64,000 nt of DNA from Thermodesulfobacteriota bacterium (GCA_965198945.1 CBDAQI010000001.1:256001-320000); one strand, 5' to 3'; shown: positions 19,213-30,111, counted from the stretch's first letter. Translations and numbers: made by a program. Notes: generated from the sequence alone by a model not told the origin.

Positions 19213-20783
19213 TGTCTTTACAGGAAATAAACAAAAGCATTGGAGGATTTTTTGAAGAATGGAAATCCTTACAGCCTCTCAAGCCGGAGTATAAGGAGCG
19301 GCTTAACAAAAAAATCCGGCTGGAGTGGAACTACAACTCAAATCATATTGAAGGTAACACGCTGACTTACGGAGAGACCGCCGCTTTAATACTTGAGGGA
19401 AAAGAGGAGGGAATTCATCCAAAACGCGATTATATGGAAATGAAAGCGCACGATTTGGCTATAGAAAAAGTCAGGGAATTTGCGGCGGACAAAGACAGAA
19501 AACTTACGGAATCCGACATTCGGGGTTTGAACAAACTTATTCTCAAAGAGCCGTTTTGGGCGGAAGCCATAACCGCTGAAGGACAGAAGACCCAGAAAGA
19601 GATTATTCCCGGAATATACAAAACACAGCCAAATCATGTGAGGATGGAAACGGGGAAAATTTTCAAATTTGCCGAACCGCATGATGTTCCCGCAAAAATG
19701 AAAGAACTGGTGGAATGGTTTGATAGGGAAATGCAAGATCCGCCCCTTGCGGTTTCCTCTTTTCTTACGGAGCTACACCACCGTTTCATTCTCATTCATC
19801 CGTTTGATGACGGGAACGGACGCATAGTCCGTTTGTGGATGAACTATGTTTTATTGAGACTCGGCTACCCGCCCCTGGTGATAAAAAGCGAGGATAAAAA
19901 AAATTACTTTGCAGCTTTACAAAAAGCGGATGGCGGAGATATGGATATCCTTGCCGTTTATCTTGGAAATGTTTTGATTGATTGGCTGGATATTGGGATT
20001 AAAGCGGCGAAGGGAGAAAATATAAAGGATGTCACAGACGTCGACAAAGAATGGTCTATTTTTGTTGCCAGTGAAAAAAATAAAGGATTGAAAAATACAG
20101 GTGATTTCATATCTTCATCAAACGTGGAACAAATATGCGAAGAATATCTGACACCGTTTCTTAAAAATTTCGAGAAAGAATTTAGGCAGTTCTATGAAGT
20201 TTTTGCGGAAAGAAAGATTCATGTTCTGTCAAGCCCTTGTTATGAAGAAGAAAAAGAGCAAATCAACCCTCAATCATTTCGAAAAATTCATAACAATATG
20301 TTTTTCCCTTCCATATCAAACTCATTACTGAATTCTTTGTTTAATGCACCTCTTGATACTTTTATAATTGTTTCGGAAGACAGGAAAGAGACAGGTTGGG
20401 AAAAAACATTTAAAAATTTCATGGTTGGGACAAATTGGAGCAGAAAAAAAGAAAGGATTATTAGATTGAAATTACTTTGCAATGGATACATGGGAGAATG
20501 TCATAAGGTTTTTGATATCGATTCTGCTTTATTCATAGAAACCAGCGATTTTGAATATAGAACATGGATAGAAATATGCAACAAAAGAGCAATCAAAACC
20601 ATAAAAAAACAACAGATAAAAAGACAAAGATATATTCTCATTCATGGTCAAAAGAAGAAATGGACAAATTTATATTCAAAGCAAAAGAAAATCTTAATGA
20701 AATTATTAAGGAATCTATTAAGAACAAAGGGGAAAAATAAGAAAGGCAAAAATGAAACTGCAAACTTACAAATTATCCGATGA
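19212..20783 (+). CDS. Fic (Fido) family protein with long unknown C-terminal region; probable frameshift near 20603-20609
   Basis: Canonical HPFDDGNGRIVR motif and N-terminal inhibitory-type SNHIEGN motif. Confidence 0.88.
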   Translation: MSLQEINKSIGGFFEEWKSLQPLKPEYKERLNKKIRLEWNYNSNHIEGNTLTYGETAALILEGKEEGIHPKRDYMEMKAHDLAIEKVREFAADKDRKLTESDIRGLNKLILKEPFWAEAITAEGQKTQKEIIPGIYKTQPNHVRMETGKIFKFAEPHDVPAKMKELVEWFDREMQDPPLAVSSFLTELHHRFILIHPFDDGNGRIVRLWMNYVLLRLGYPPLVIKSEDKKNYFAALQKADGGDMDILAVYLGNVLIDWLDIGIKAAKGENIKDVTDVDKEWSIFVASEKNKGLKNTGDFISSSNVEQICEEYLTPFLKNFEKEFRQFYEVFAERKIHVLSSPCYEEEKEQINPQSFRKIHNNMFFPSISNSLLNSLFNAPLDTFIIVSEDRKETGWEKTFKNFMVGTNWSRKKERIIRLKLLCNGYMGECHKVFDIDSALFIETSDFEYRTWIEICNKRAIKTIKKQQIKRQRYILIHGQKKKWTNLYSKQKKILMKLLRNLLRTKGKNKKGKNETANLQIIR

Positions 20784-21992
20784 AAAAGTATTTTCTTTTG
20801 CCAATGGTCTTTGGAAGGGGAAAAAGGCGCCTTTTACAAAAGTTTCAGTAATCAGAAACACAAACTTTAGAAACAACGGAAAGATTGACTACTCAAACAT
20901 TGCCAATTTTGATGTTGAAACCAAGCAATATGAGAAAAGAAAACTTGAATACGGAGACATAATAATTGAGCGTTCTGGAGTAGGCCTTCACAACCCGTTG
21001 GTAGAGTTTGTTTCTTCAACAGTGAAGGGAAAGAAGATTTCAGCTTCAGTAATTTTACAACTAGGCTTCGCATTGTTGACTCATGCCTCTTTAATTCTCT
21101 TTTTGTTCATTACTTCCTACTAAACACATACAACAAAGGAGAAACCAATAAACTCCAAAACAAAACAACAGGCATAAGAAATCTGGACTTTAATAGATAC
21201 AAAGAAATAGAAATTCCTTCTCCTCCACTCTCCGAACAAAAAAGAATCGCCAAAACTCTCTCAACAATTCAGAATGTCATTGAAACACAAGACAAAATCA
21301 TCGCCAATGTTCGGGAACTCAAAAAAACCACAATGGAAAAGGTTTTTACAAAAGGATTGAACGGTGGAAAGACAAAGCAAACGGAAATTGGGGAAATGCC
21401 GGATGGGTGGAAACTATACACAATAGACAATCTATTTGAAATGAAACAAGGCAAATCTCTCTCCGCCAAAAAACAAACAGGAAAATATCTGAAACCTTTC
21501 TTGCGAACTTCCAATGTTTTGTGGGGAAAGTTATATCTTTCAAAAGTAGATGAAATGGACATACTTCCCGAAGAAACAAAATTGCTTGAGTTGAAAGAAA
21601 ATGACCTGCTTGTATGCGAAGGTGGAGAAATAGGACGCACAGCAATATGGAAATGTGAAATGGGAGAATGCTATTATCAAAACCATATCCATCGTCTGCG
21701 GTCTAAAAAAGACAGAATTTCCCAAGTTTTCTATATGTTTTGGTTGCAATTCGCCATTCAAATGAATAGCATTTATGGGACTTTTGGAAACCGAACAACT
21801 ATTCCAAATTTATCAGGAAAGACCTTATCAAAGTTTGTTTTGCCGCACCCAATTTTCAACGAACAAGAACGAATCGCCGAAATTTTACAATTCATTGACA
21901 GAAAAGTTGAACAACACCGAGACAAGAAAAACTCATTGCAGGATTTATTCAAAACTATGCTGAATGAATTAATGAAAAAAGGCTTGAAATAA
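20752..21992 (+). pseudogene. hsdS: Type I R-M specificity subunit, one-base deletion near 20985
   Basis: TRD1 ...GDIIIERSG continues in another frame as SQPVGRVCFF...IPSPPLSEQKRIAKTL...ELKKTTMEKVFTKG, open into ORF 21333-21992 (TEIGEMPDGW, EQERIAEIL, LFKTMLNELM). Confidence 0.88.
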
Positions 21993-22354
21993 TGCTGTAT
22001 AAGACTGTTAAAAATGTAGATATGAATTTTTCAGAAGTTACATATATTGGTTTTGACGAACAGAATACTACTTACAGTTTTAAGGTTTTCTGGGAAAGTT
22101 TGCAAAACGCCCGGATACTTCCTAATCCGGTCAGCGCCTATTCGGTTGATGGGCAAGCTAAAGTTAAAGATTTGCCCGATGAGATAAAGGAAAAAATTTA
22201 TTCTGCTGTCAAAGCAAATGTTTTTTCAGAAAAAGATGTTTGGGAGCGCAGATATTTTGCCTTCCACATTATAATAACAATTTGGCAAAAAAAGATTGGT
22301 CTGATAACTCTTTTTGTTGTGGTTTTAAACACCATAATAGGACTCTGCGGATAA
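21992..22354 (+). CDS. Hypothetical protein with hydrophobic C-terminus
   Basis: Start overlaps the hsdS stop (TAATG); ends IGLITLFVVVLNTIIGLCG. Confidence 0.55.
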   Translation: MLYKTVKNVDMNFSEVTYIGFDEQNTTYSFKVFWESLQNARILPNPVSAYSVDGQAKVKDLPDEIKEKIYSAVKANVFSEKDVWERRYFAFHIIITIWQKKIGLITLFVVVLNTIIGLCG

Positions 22355-22392
22355 ATATCTTCAATGAAAACGTAATTCTATAAATGTAACCC

Positions 22393-25320
22393 ATGCCCTC
22401 CCTAACATCCGAAAGAGAAAGCGTTCAGGAACCGCTGATTAAATACGCCTCTGAAATCGGCTGGAAAATCGTCTCCCGCGAGGAAGCCGAGAGTCTTCGC
22501 GGCGGAACTCAAGGACTTCTTTTTTCCTCCGTCTTCAAAGAAAAACTAATTACCCTCAATCCGGGACTCATTGATTCCGAAAACGCGCGGGTAGTCATTC
22601 AGTCAATGGAATCCGTCCGTTATGACATCAGGGGAAATAAAGACGCGCTCAGTTGGATGCGCGGGCAGAAAAGCATTTACAGCGAGAAAGAAAAACGGGA
22701 ACTCACCATCTCCGTCATTGATTATCAAAATCCCGATAACAACACCTTTCAAGTTACCGATGAATGGGAAACCGCCGCGCAAAAACCGCATCGCGCCGAT
22801 GTGATGTTTCTCATTAACGGCATTCCGGTTGCAATCGTGGAAACAAAAAGCGCCAGAAAGAAAGAACCGATTTGGGATGGACTGACTCAAATAAGACAGT
22901 ATCACAAAGACACCCCCGCAATGCTCGCCCTGCCTCAAGTGTTTGATATAACGGATGTGCTCGGATTCCATTACGGGGCCACATGGAATACCGAAGTAAA
23001 ATCAGTTTTCAACTGGAAAGATGAACAGGACGGCAACTTTGAAAAGAAAGTAAAGGCATTTTTTGACAGGGAAAGATTTTTGAAACTGCTTGAGAGATGG
23101 ATTCTGTTTTTTCAAAAAGACGATGAACTCAGAAAGACCGTCCTCAGACAGCACCAGACACGCGCCGTGGAAAAAATAGAAAACAGATGTGCGGACATAA
23201 AGAAAACGCGCGGTCTGATATGGCACACGCAAGGGTCGGGCAAGACCTTTACGATGATAAAAGCCGCCGAACTTGTGTTTAAGAGCAAAACCGCGCTCGG
23301 AGACCCGACCGTTATTTTGATGATAGACAGAAATGAACTTCAGGGGCAGCTGGCGGGCTGGCTTGAGTCTCTTTCTTACGAAGGCGGAATTACCGGAGTA
23401 AATATAAGACCGGCGAAAACAAAAAATGATTTGCGGGAAATCCTGAAATCTGACTTCAGAGGCCTTGCGGTTTCAATGATTCACAAATTTGATGACATGC
23501 CCGCGAACATAAACAAGAGAGAAAACATATTTGTTTTTATTGACGAAGCGCGCCGCAGCGTTGAGGGAGACTTCGGAAACTACCTGACCGGAGCGCTTCC
23601 GAACGCCACTTTTATCGGGTTCACCGGAACACCGGTGGACAAAACCCAGTATGGAAAAGGAACTTTCAAGGTTTTCGGCAAAGACGATGAAAAAGGGTAT
23701 CTGGACAAATACTCCATAATGGAATCCATCAAGGACGGCACAACAGTTGAACTGAAATACAAACTTGCTCCCGTGAAAATGAGGGTTCCCGAAGAAACTC
23801 TGGAAAGAGAGTTTCTGCAAATGGCGGAAACAGAAAGGCTTAACGATATGGAAAAATTGAACAGAGTTCTTGACAGAGCCGTAACTCTGAAAAATTTTCT
23901 GAAATCGGAGGAAAGGATAACTCTTGTGGCAAAGTATGCCGCCGAACACTTCAAGGAAAACGTTCTGCCGCTGGGATACAAAGCGTTTTTTGTGGCTGTT
24001 GACCGCGAGGCGTGCGCCCTTTACAAAAGAGAGTTTGACAGACTTCTTCCGCCCGAATCGGTAAAAGCGGTTTATACACAATCACAGCATGACACGGAAA
24101 CTCTACCGCTTGTGGCGGAATACCAGTTGTCCGGAGACGAGGAAAAATCACTGCGCAAAGAGTTTCAAAAACCCGGCAGAGACCCGAAACTGTTTGTCGT
24201 GACAGACAAACTGCTGACCGGTTTTGACGCCCCGATTCTGTATTGCATGTATCTTGACAAACCCATGCGCGACCATGTTCTGCTTCAGTCAATAGCGCGA
24301 GTTAACAGACCGTATTCATTTGAAGAAAAAGAAAAACCGCACGGTTTGATTGTGGACTTCGTGGGCATTTTGAACAGCATGAAAAAAGCGCTCGCTTTTG
24401 ATTCAAAAGATGTGAGCGGAGTCATAGAAGATATTGATATTTTGTTTGAAAGTTTCGGAGAAAAAATGAAAGAGGCGCGGGGCTGGCTCAAAATCACAGA
24501 TGGGTTGCGGGAAGACAAGGCGATTGAAAAAATCATTGAACACTTCTCGGACAAAGGCAGAAGAGACAAGTTCATTGAGTTTTTCAGGGAGACCCAGTCT
24601 CTCTACGAAATTCTCTCACCCGACGGCAAACTGGCGCAGTTCCTTGAAGGCTATAAAAATCTTTGCGGGGTGTATGAAATAGTGATGAAAGAATTTGAAA
24701 GAAACGAGCTGCCGGTTGAATATAGACAGTTTCAGAAAAAGACCGAAGAACTTATAAGGGACAAGGTCGGCGCTTATACGACTGAAGAAAAAGAGACTGA
24801 AACCGCCGTCAGTGAAAAAACCCTTGAAGAAATTACAAAAAGCGGAAAAAGCGACGAGGTCAAAGTTCACAACCTGCTGAAATTGATTGAAAAACTTAAT
24901 GCCGAACTGGAAAAAATTTTAGGACTGTCACCAATGTCTGAAAAGGCGCGGAAGTTAAGAGAAAAATATGAGAAAAACCTTGCCGGAGCGAGAGAAACGG
25001 CGGAGGAACTAAACCGGCTTTTAAGAGAAGGCCTTGAAACCAAAGCAAGATCTCAAGAAAGCGGCAAATCACCGGTTCAGTTTGTTTTCTGTCTCACACT
25101 TGAACGGGAGGGGGACACAAAAGCCGAAAAAACCGCCGCAGAGGTGGAAAAGCTTTTCAATCAGTTTCCAAACTATATTGATAACGGTCATCAGAAAAGA
25201 TCTCTGAAATCAGCCCTCTACAAAGTAGTCGGCGCCGCCGTCGGAAAAGAAAATGAAAGCGATGTAATATGGGAGATAATGAGCCTTTATGAGCGTGTCA
25301 AAAAAGAAATTCAGGGATGA
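22393..25320 (+). CDS. hsdR: Type I R-M restriction subunit (DEAH box reads DEAR)
   Basis: RADVMFLINGIPVAIVETK nuclease motif, WHTQGSGKT, FTGTP, LLTGFDAP, LLQSIARVNR. Confidence 0.92.
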   Translation: MPSLTSERESVQEPLIKYASEIGWKIVSREEAESLRGGTQGLLFSSVFKEKLITLNPGLIDSENARVVIQSMESVRYDIRGNKDALSWMRGQKSIYSEKEKRELTISVIDYQNPDNNTFQVTDEWETAAQKPHRADVMFLINGIPVAIVETKSARKKEPIWDGLTQIRQYHKDTPAMLALPQVFDITDVLGFHYGATWNTEVKSVFNWKDEQDGNFEKKVKAFFDRERFLKLLERWILFFQKDDELRKTVLRQHQTRAVEKIENRCADIKKTRGLIWHTQGSGKTFTMIKAAELVFKSKTALGDPTVILMIDRNELQGQLAGWLESLSYEGGITGVNIRPAKTKNDLREILKSDFRGLAVSMIHKFDDMPANINKRENIFVFIDEARRSVEGDFGNYLTGALPNATFIGFTGTPVDKTQYGKGTFKVFGKDDEKGYLDKYSIMESIKDGTTVELKYKLAPVKMRVPEETLEREFLQMAETERLNDMEKLNRVLDRAVTLKNFLKSEERITLVAKYAAEHFKENVLPLGYKAFFVAVDREACALYKREFDRLLPPESVKAVYTQSQHDTETLPLVAEYQLSGDEEKSLRKEFQKPGRDPKLFVVTDKLLTGFDAPILYCMYLDKPMRDHVLLQSIARVNRPYSFEEKEKPHGLIVDFVGILNSMKKALAFDSKDVSGVIEDIDILFESFGEKMKEARGWLKITDGLREDKAIEKIIEHFSDKGRRDKFIEFFRETQSLYEILSPDGKLAQFLEGYKNLCGVYEIVMKEFERNELPVEYRQFQKKTEELIRDKVGAYTTEEKETETAVSEKTLEEITKSGKSDEVKVHNLLKLIEKLNAELEKILGLSPMSEKARKLREKYEKNLAGARETAEELNRLLREGLETKARSQESGKSPVQFVFCLTLEREGDTKAEKTAAEVEKLFNQFPNYIDNGHQKRSLKSALYKVVGAAVGKENESDVIWEIMSLYERVKKEIQG

Positions 25321-25600
25321 AGTCGCGTTTTGGAGCGCAAAAATCAACGTTTGTCCGAAACGGATAACCGTGAGAGATATGACGCGCAAATGGGGCTCCT
25401 GCTCAACAGAAGGACGGGTCAGTTTCAACTCGGAACTTCTGAACAAACCTAAATGGTTCAGACATTTCGTCATAGCGCACGAACTTCTGCATCTGAAAAT
25501 CCCCAATCACGGAAAACTGTTCAAACAGATTTTGAGCGCTCATATTCCGCAATGGCGCGAAATAAAGGACTCCCAAACATTGCGCCGCAGGGAGCGGTGA
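25289..25600 (+). CDS. YgjP/DUF45 M48-like metal-dependent hydrolase
   Basis: KWGSCS and VIAHELLHLKIPNHG; usual position downstream of hsdR. Confidence 0.85.
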   Translation: MSVSKKKFRDEVAFWSAKINVCPKRITVRDMTRKWGSCSTEGRVSFNSELLNKPKWFRHFVIAHELLHLKIPNHGKLFKQILSAHIPQWREIKDSQTLRRRER

Positions 25601-25645
25601 TTATACTATCCGGTGTGGTATTGAACCACGGAGGAAAATAAGAAT

Positions 25646-26503
25646 ATGAACACTTTGAAAAGCGTTGTTTTACTCGCCGTTCTGTCGGCAATTCTTGTCT
25701 GGGCGGGCGGAACTTTCGCGGGACAGCAGGGAGCGGTTATCGCGCTTGTTTTCGCGGGGATTATGAACTTCGCAAGTTTCTGGTGGAGCGACAAAATCGT
25801 TCTGAAAATGTATCGCGCTCAGGAAGTTGACGAAAGTTCCGCACCCGAACTCTACGCCGATGTGCGCGAACTCTCTCAGAGCGCGGGTCTTCCGATGCCG
25901 AAGGTTTACATAGTTCCCGAACAGTCGCCAAACGCATTTGCAACCGGAAGAAGCCCCTCTCATTCGGCCGTAGCCGTAACTCAAGGGATAGTAAAACTTC
26001 TCAACAGGTATGAACTCAAAGGCGTTCTCGCACATGAGCTCGCACATATAAAAAACCGTGACATACTTATCGGCTCAGTCGCCGCCACGATAGCCGCCGC
26101 AATAAGCTACATAGCCTGGATGGCTCAGTTTGCGGCAATCTTCGGCGGCGGAGGCGGAAGAGACGGCAGAAACAACGTCTTCGTCCTTCTCGCAATGGCG
26201 ATAGTGGCACCGCTTGCGGCCACCATAGTTCGCCTCGCCATATCACGCACAAGGGAGTTCGGAGCGGACAGAGAGGGAGCGGCAATATGCTCAAACCCGA
26301 TGTATCTTGCGGACGCACTGCGAAAAATGGACAACTTCGCAAAAAGGATTCCACTCAATGTAAGCGAACAGGCGGCGGAAAGCACATCCCATATGATGAT
26401 TGTAAGCCCCATGATAGGCGGCAGTTTCGCAAAACTGTTCAGCACACACCCGCCCACCGAAGAGCGCATAGCCCGCCTTGAAGCGATGACCTCGTTCGGA
26501 TGA
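25646..26503 (+). CDS. htpX: Zinc metalloprotease HtpX
   Basis: PNAFATGR, GVLAHELAHI, SRTREFGAD, FSTHPPTEERI. Confidence 0.95.
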   Translation: MNTLKSVVLLAVLSAILVWAGGTFAGQQGAVIALVFAGIMNFASFWWSDKIVLKMYRAQEVDESSAPELYADVRELSQSAGLPMPKVYIVPEQSPNAFATGRSPSHSAVAVTQGIVKLLNRYELKGVLAHELAHIKNRDILIGSVAATIAAAISYIAWMAQFAAIFGGGGGRDGRNNVFVLLAMAIVAPLAATIVRLAISRTREFGADREGAAICSNPMYLADALRKMDNFAKRIPLNVSEQAAESTSHMMIVSPMIGGSFAKLFSTHPPTEERIARLEAMTSFG

Positions 26504-26526
26504 AGTAGTGTAAAATTAACCGCGTT

Positions 26527-29283
26527 TTGAGCTTCATTACGATAAAAGGCGCGAGAAGTCACAACCTGAAAAATATAAGTGTGCGGATACCGCGCGGCAA
26601 ACTCGTTACAATTACGGGCGTCAGCGGTTCCGGCAAGTCATCTCTTGCTTTTGACACCCTGTTCGCCGAAGGACAGCGGAGATTTATGCAGTCTCTGTCC
26701 GCATATGCGAGACAGTTCGTGGAACAGCTTGAAAAGCCCGATGTGGACTTTATGGACGGGCTTTCGCCGTCAATCTCTCTCAGCCAGAGAACCTTTCACC
26801 GCAACCCGCGCTCAACCGTGGGAACAATAACGGAAATCTACGATTTTATGAGGCTGCTTTTTGCGCGGGCGGCCGTGCCTTTTTGCCACAGTTGCGGTGA
26901 AGAGATAAGTCCGCAGAGTGTGGAGGCGATGGCAAAGCGCGCCATGGAAAAGGCCGGCGGAGAGGAAATAACCGTAATAGCGCCGATTGTCAGAGGGAGA
27001 AAAGGCGTCTACCGGAAAGAGATTGAAGACCTGAAAATGGAAGGGTTTGTGCGCGCCTTCATAGACGGAAAGGAAAGAGACCTTGACGATGAAATTGTTC
27101 TGGACAGGAATAAAACTCACGACATTGAGGTTGTTGTGGATGTTGTCGTCGCAACACCGGGGGCGGCAAAAAGACTTGAGGATTCTCTCGGTCTCGCTCT
27201 GAAAAAATCCGGGGTAAACGCCGTCTGTCTTGTAAAAGGTGAAAAATTGAACTTCAGCGCAACCTTTTCCTGCCCTTCATGTGGCGCGTCCTACGGGGAA
27301 ATATCTCCCAGAATCTTCTCTTTCAACAGCCCGTATGGAATGTGCGGCGGGTGCTCGGGGCTGGGAACAAAAACCGATTTTGCCCCCGAACTGATAGTGG
27401 ACTATTCACTTTCAGTGGAAGAGGGGGCGATACTTCCTTGGAAAAACTCTCCCTATCACAAGCGGAAACTGGAAGATATTGCGGAGAATTACGGCTTCAG
27501 CACAAAAGCGCCGTTCGGGAAACTTCCGGCAAAAGTCAGACGCACTGTTCTTTACGGAGAGCGAAGCGGCGAATTCACGGGTGTCATCGGAGCTTTGTCG
27601 CAGTGGCGGAGTGAAACCTCTTCGGCGGAGGTTCAAACGGGGCTTGAAGCCTATATGAAAACCTCAACCTGCGCGTCTTGCGGAGGAGCGAGAATAAGGC
27701 GGCAAAGTCTCTCGGTTCTTCTGGACAGCAAAAACATATACGACATTTCACAACTTGATGCGGACGGCGCGATGAGTTTTTTTGAAAAACTCAAGCTCGG
27801 AAACTACGAAAATGAAATAGTGGGTGGGGTTGTGGAGGAAATTAAATCAAGAATCGGGTTTCTCAAAAACGTAGGGCTCGGCTACATGTCTCTTGACCGT
27901 TCCGCCGCCACGCTTTCGGGAGGCGAAGCGCAGAGAATCCAACTGGCAACCCAGTTGGGCTCAAAAATGACCGGTGTTACATATGTGCTTGACGAGCCGT
28001 CAATAGGTCTTCATCCCTCAGACAATGACAAACTGATAAGCACACTTAAATCAATCAGGGATGACGGCAACACGGTTGTGGTTGTGGAGCATGACGAGGA
28101 TATGATACGGAACAGCGATTTTATTCTTGATCTGGGGCCATATGCGGGGCGGTTCGGCGGAGAAATTACGGGATGCGGAACGGTGAGGGATTTGACTTCA
28201 TGCAAAAACTCGCTCACGGGCAGATACCTTTCGGGGCTTGAGTCAATAGAGGTTCCGCGCTCAAGAAGAAAAGCGGAGAAATTCATAGAGCTTAAAGGTG
28301 TGAAAAAGCGAAACCTCGCAAACTTGGACGTTTCGTTCCCGGTCGGGGGGTTGACCTGCATTACCGGAGTCTCGGGATCGGGCAAAAGCACCCTCCTGCA
28401 TGAAACGCTGTGCCCCGCCATTGAAGCCGCATGGCGCGGGAAGGGTGTGATTGAAGGGTTAAAATCAATCAGGGGAACGGGGCATCTGGATAAGATCGTC
28501 AAAATAGACCAGACGCCCATAGGAAGAACCCCGAGGTCAAACCCGGCAACCTACACGGGGATTTTATCACCCATACGGGAACTTTTCGCCATGACACCGG
28601 AATCAAAACTGCGGGGCTACGGAGCGGGGCGATTCAGTTTCAATGTGAGAGAGGGTAGCTGCGGCCTGTGCGGAGGGAAGGGAAGCGTAAAAGTGGAAAT
28701 GCATTTCCTGCCAGATGTGTATACAACATGCGAGCAGTGCGGAGGAAAACGTTACGGCAGTGAGACCCTTGAAATAAAATACAGAGACAAAAACATTTCG
28801 GACATCCTTCAAATGACCGTTTCGGAAGCGGCGGATTTTTTCCCGAACATTCCGCAAATAAGCCGCAAACTGAACATTCTTGAACAGGTCGGTCTTGGAT
28901 ATATACGGCTCGGACAGGAAGCCAATACTCTTTCGGGAGGAGAGGCTCAGAGGATTAAAATCGCCAGAGAACTCTCTCACAAAGACACCGGTAAAACCCT
29001 TTACATACTTGATGAGCCGTCTATCGGGCTCCATTTCAATGATGTGAAAAAACTGCTCGCCGCGATTGAAAAACTGATTCAAAAAGGCAACACCGTGATG
29101 GTGATAGAGCACAATCTGGACATAATAAAGAGTGCTGACCGCATAATAGATTTGGGACCCGGCGGAGGACGGAACGGAGGAAAAATAGTCGCCGCCGGCA
29201 GCCCCGAACAACTTGCCCGGAAGAAAAAATCTTTGACAGGGGAATATCTTAAAAAAATACTGAAGAAAAAAGGGAGAGGGTGA
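26527..29283 (+). CDS. uvrA: Excinuclease ABC subunit A
   Basis: GARSHNLKNI, two GVSGSGKS P-loops, two LSGGEAQRI, Zn fingers, PIGRTPRSNPATY. Confidence 0.97.
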   Translation: MSFITIKGARSHNLKNISVRIPRGKLVTITGVSGSGKSSLAFDTLFAEGQRRFMQSLSAYARQFVEQLEKPDVDFMDGLSPSISLSQRTFHRNPRSTVGTITEIYDFMRLLFARAAVPFCHSCGEEISPQSVEAMAKRAMEKAGGEEITVIAPIVRGRKGVYRKEIEDLKMEGFVRAFIDGKERDLDDEIVLDRNKTHDIEVVVDVVVATPGAAKRLEDSLGLALKKSGVNAVCLVKGEKLNFSATFSCPSCGASYGEISPRIFSFNSPYGMCGGCSGLGTKTDFAPELIVDYSLSVEEGAILPWKNSPYHKRKLEDIAENYGFSTKAPFGKLPAKVRRTVLYGERSGEFTGVIGALSQWRSETSSAEVQTGLEAYMKTSTCASCGGARIRRQSLSVLLDSKNIYDISQLDADGAMSFFEKLKLGNYENEIVGGVVEEIKSRIGFLKNVGLGYMSLDRSAATLSGGEAQRIQLATQLGSKMTGVTYVLDEPSIGLHPSDNDKLISTLKSIRDDGNTVVVVEHDEDMIRNSDFILDLGPYAGRFGGEITGCGTVRDLTSCKNSLTGRYLSGLESIEVPRSRRKAEKFIELKGVKKRNLANLDVSFPVGGLTCITGVSGSGKSTLLHETLCPAIEAAWRGKGVIEGLKSIRGTGHLDKIVKIDQTPIGRTPRSNPATYTGILSPIRELFAMTPESKLRGYGAGRFSFNVREGSCGLCGGKGSVKVEMHFLPDVYTTCEQCGGKRYGSETLEIKYRDKNISDILQMTVSEAADFFPNIPQISRKLNILEQVGLGYIRLGQEANTLSGGEAQRIKIARELSHKDTGKTLYILDEPSIGLHFNDVKKLLAAIEKLIQKGNTVMVIEHNLDIIKSADRIIDLGPGGGRNGGKIVAAGSPEQLARKKKSLTGEYLKKILKKKGRG

Positions 29284-30111
29284 TTGGAAAAATTTGAGAC
29301 GGCGGTTCTTGGGGTTGTGCAGGGAATAACGGAGTTTCTTCCGATAAGCAGCACCGCCCACCTGATGATTTTCTCCTGGCTGCTGTCATGGCGGGATGCG
29401 GGGCTTGACCTCGCAGTCTGGCTTCATTCCGGAACACTGCTCGCCATTATCGTCTACTTCAGAAAAGACTGGGCCGCCATAGCAGCCGCTCTATATCGCT
29501 CTTGTCTGAGCGGCTCTTTTGAAGACTCCGGGGCAAAAATGGGCGCGGGACTTGTAATTACGACTCTGCCGGTAATCGTCTTCGGGGTCTTTTTTGAAAA
29601 TGTGGTCGCGGTCGCGCTCAGGCACCCGCTCGCAGTCGGCTGGGGACTGCTTGCCGGAAGCGCGGTGCTTTTTATCGCTGACAGAAAGTCCGGAAAAACA
29701 AAACACCTGAGCGAGCTTTCTCTCAAAGACTGTCTGCTGTTCGGGGTTGCACAGTCATTTGCACTTGTGCCGGGAGTGTCAAGGTCGGGAATCTCAATAG
29801 CCGGCGGAATGTTTCTGGGATATACGAGGGAGGACTCGGCAAAATTCGCCTTTATGATGGGTATGCCGGCCATTGTTGCGGCCATTGCGCACACGGTGTG
29901 GAAAAACGGAATGCAGTTTCATTACGACGGAGATAATATTACGGGAATTTTGACGGCCGCCGCAACGGGGTTTCTGGCCATCAGATTTCTTTTGAATTTC
30001 GCCAGAAAAAAAAGCTACACGCCCTTTGTAATATACAGAATCGCCATCGCAGCCCTGTTGTTTTTTATGTTTTTCAGCGGCGGCGGTTCCTCTCGTTTTG
30101 AGCTTCCATGA
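29284..30111 (+). CDS. uppP: Undecaprenyl-diphosphate phosphatase
   Basis: QGITEFLPISSTAH, PGVSRSG. Confidence 0.93.
   Translation: MEKFETAVLGVVQGITEFLPISSTAHLMIFSWLLSWRDAGLDLAVWLHSGTLLAIIVYFRKDWAAIAAALYRSCLSGSFEDSGAKMGAGLVITTLPVIVFGVFFENVVAVALRHPLAVGWGLLAGSAVLFIADRKSGKTKHLSELSLKDCLLFGVAQSFALVPGVSRSGISIAGGMFLGYTREDSAKFAFMMGMPAIVAAIAHTVWKNGMQFHYDGDNITGILTAAATGFLAIRFLLNFARKKSYTPFVIYRIAIAALLFFMFFSGGGSSRFELP

Noticed and set aside
14809..25640. Defence island as an intact mobile element
   Set aside because: No integrase, transposase, tRNA target or flanking direct repeats seen; only the AT-richer composition suggests foreign origin.
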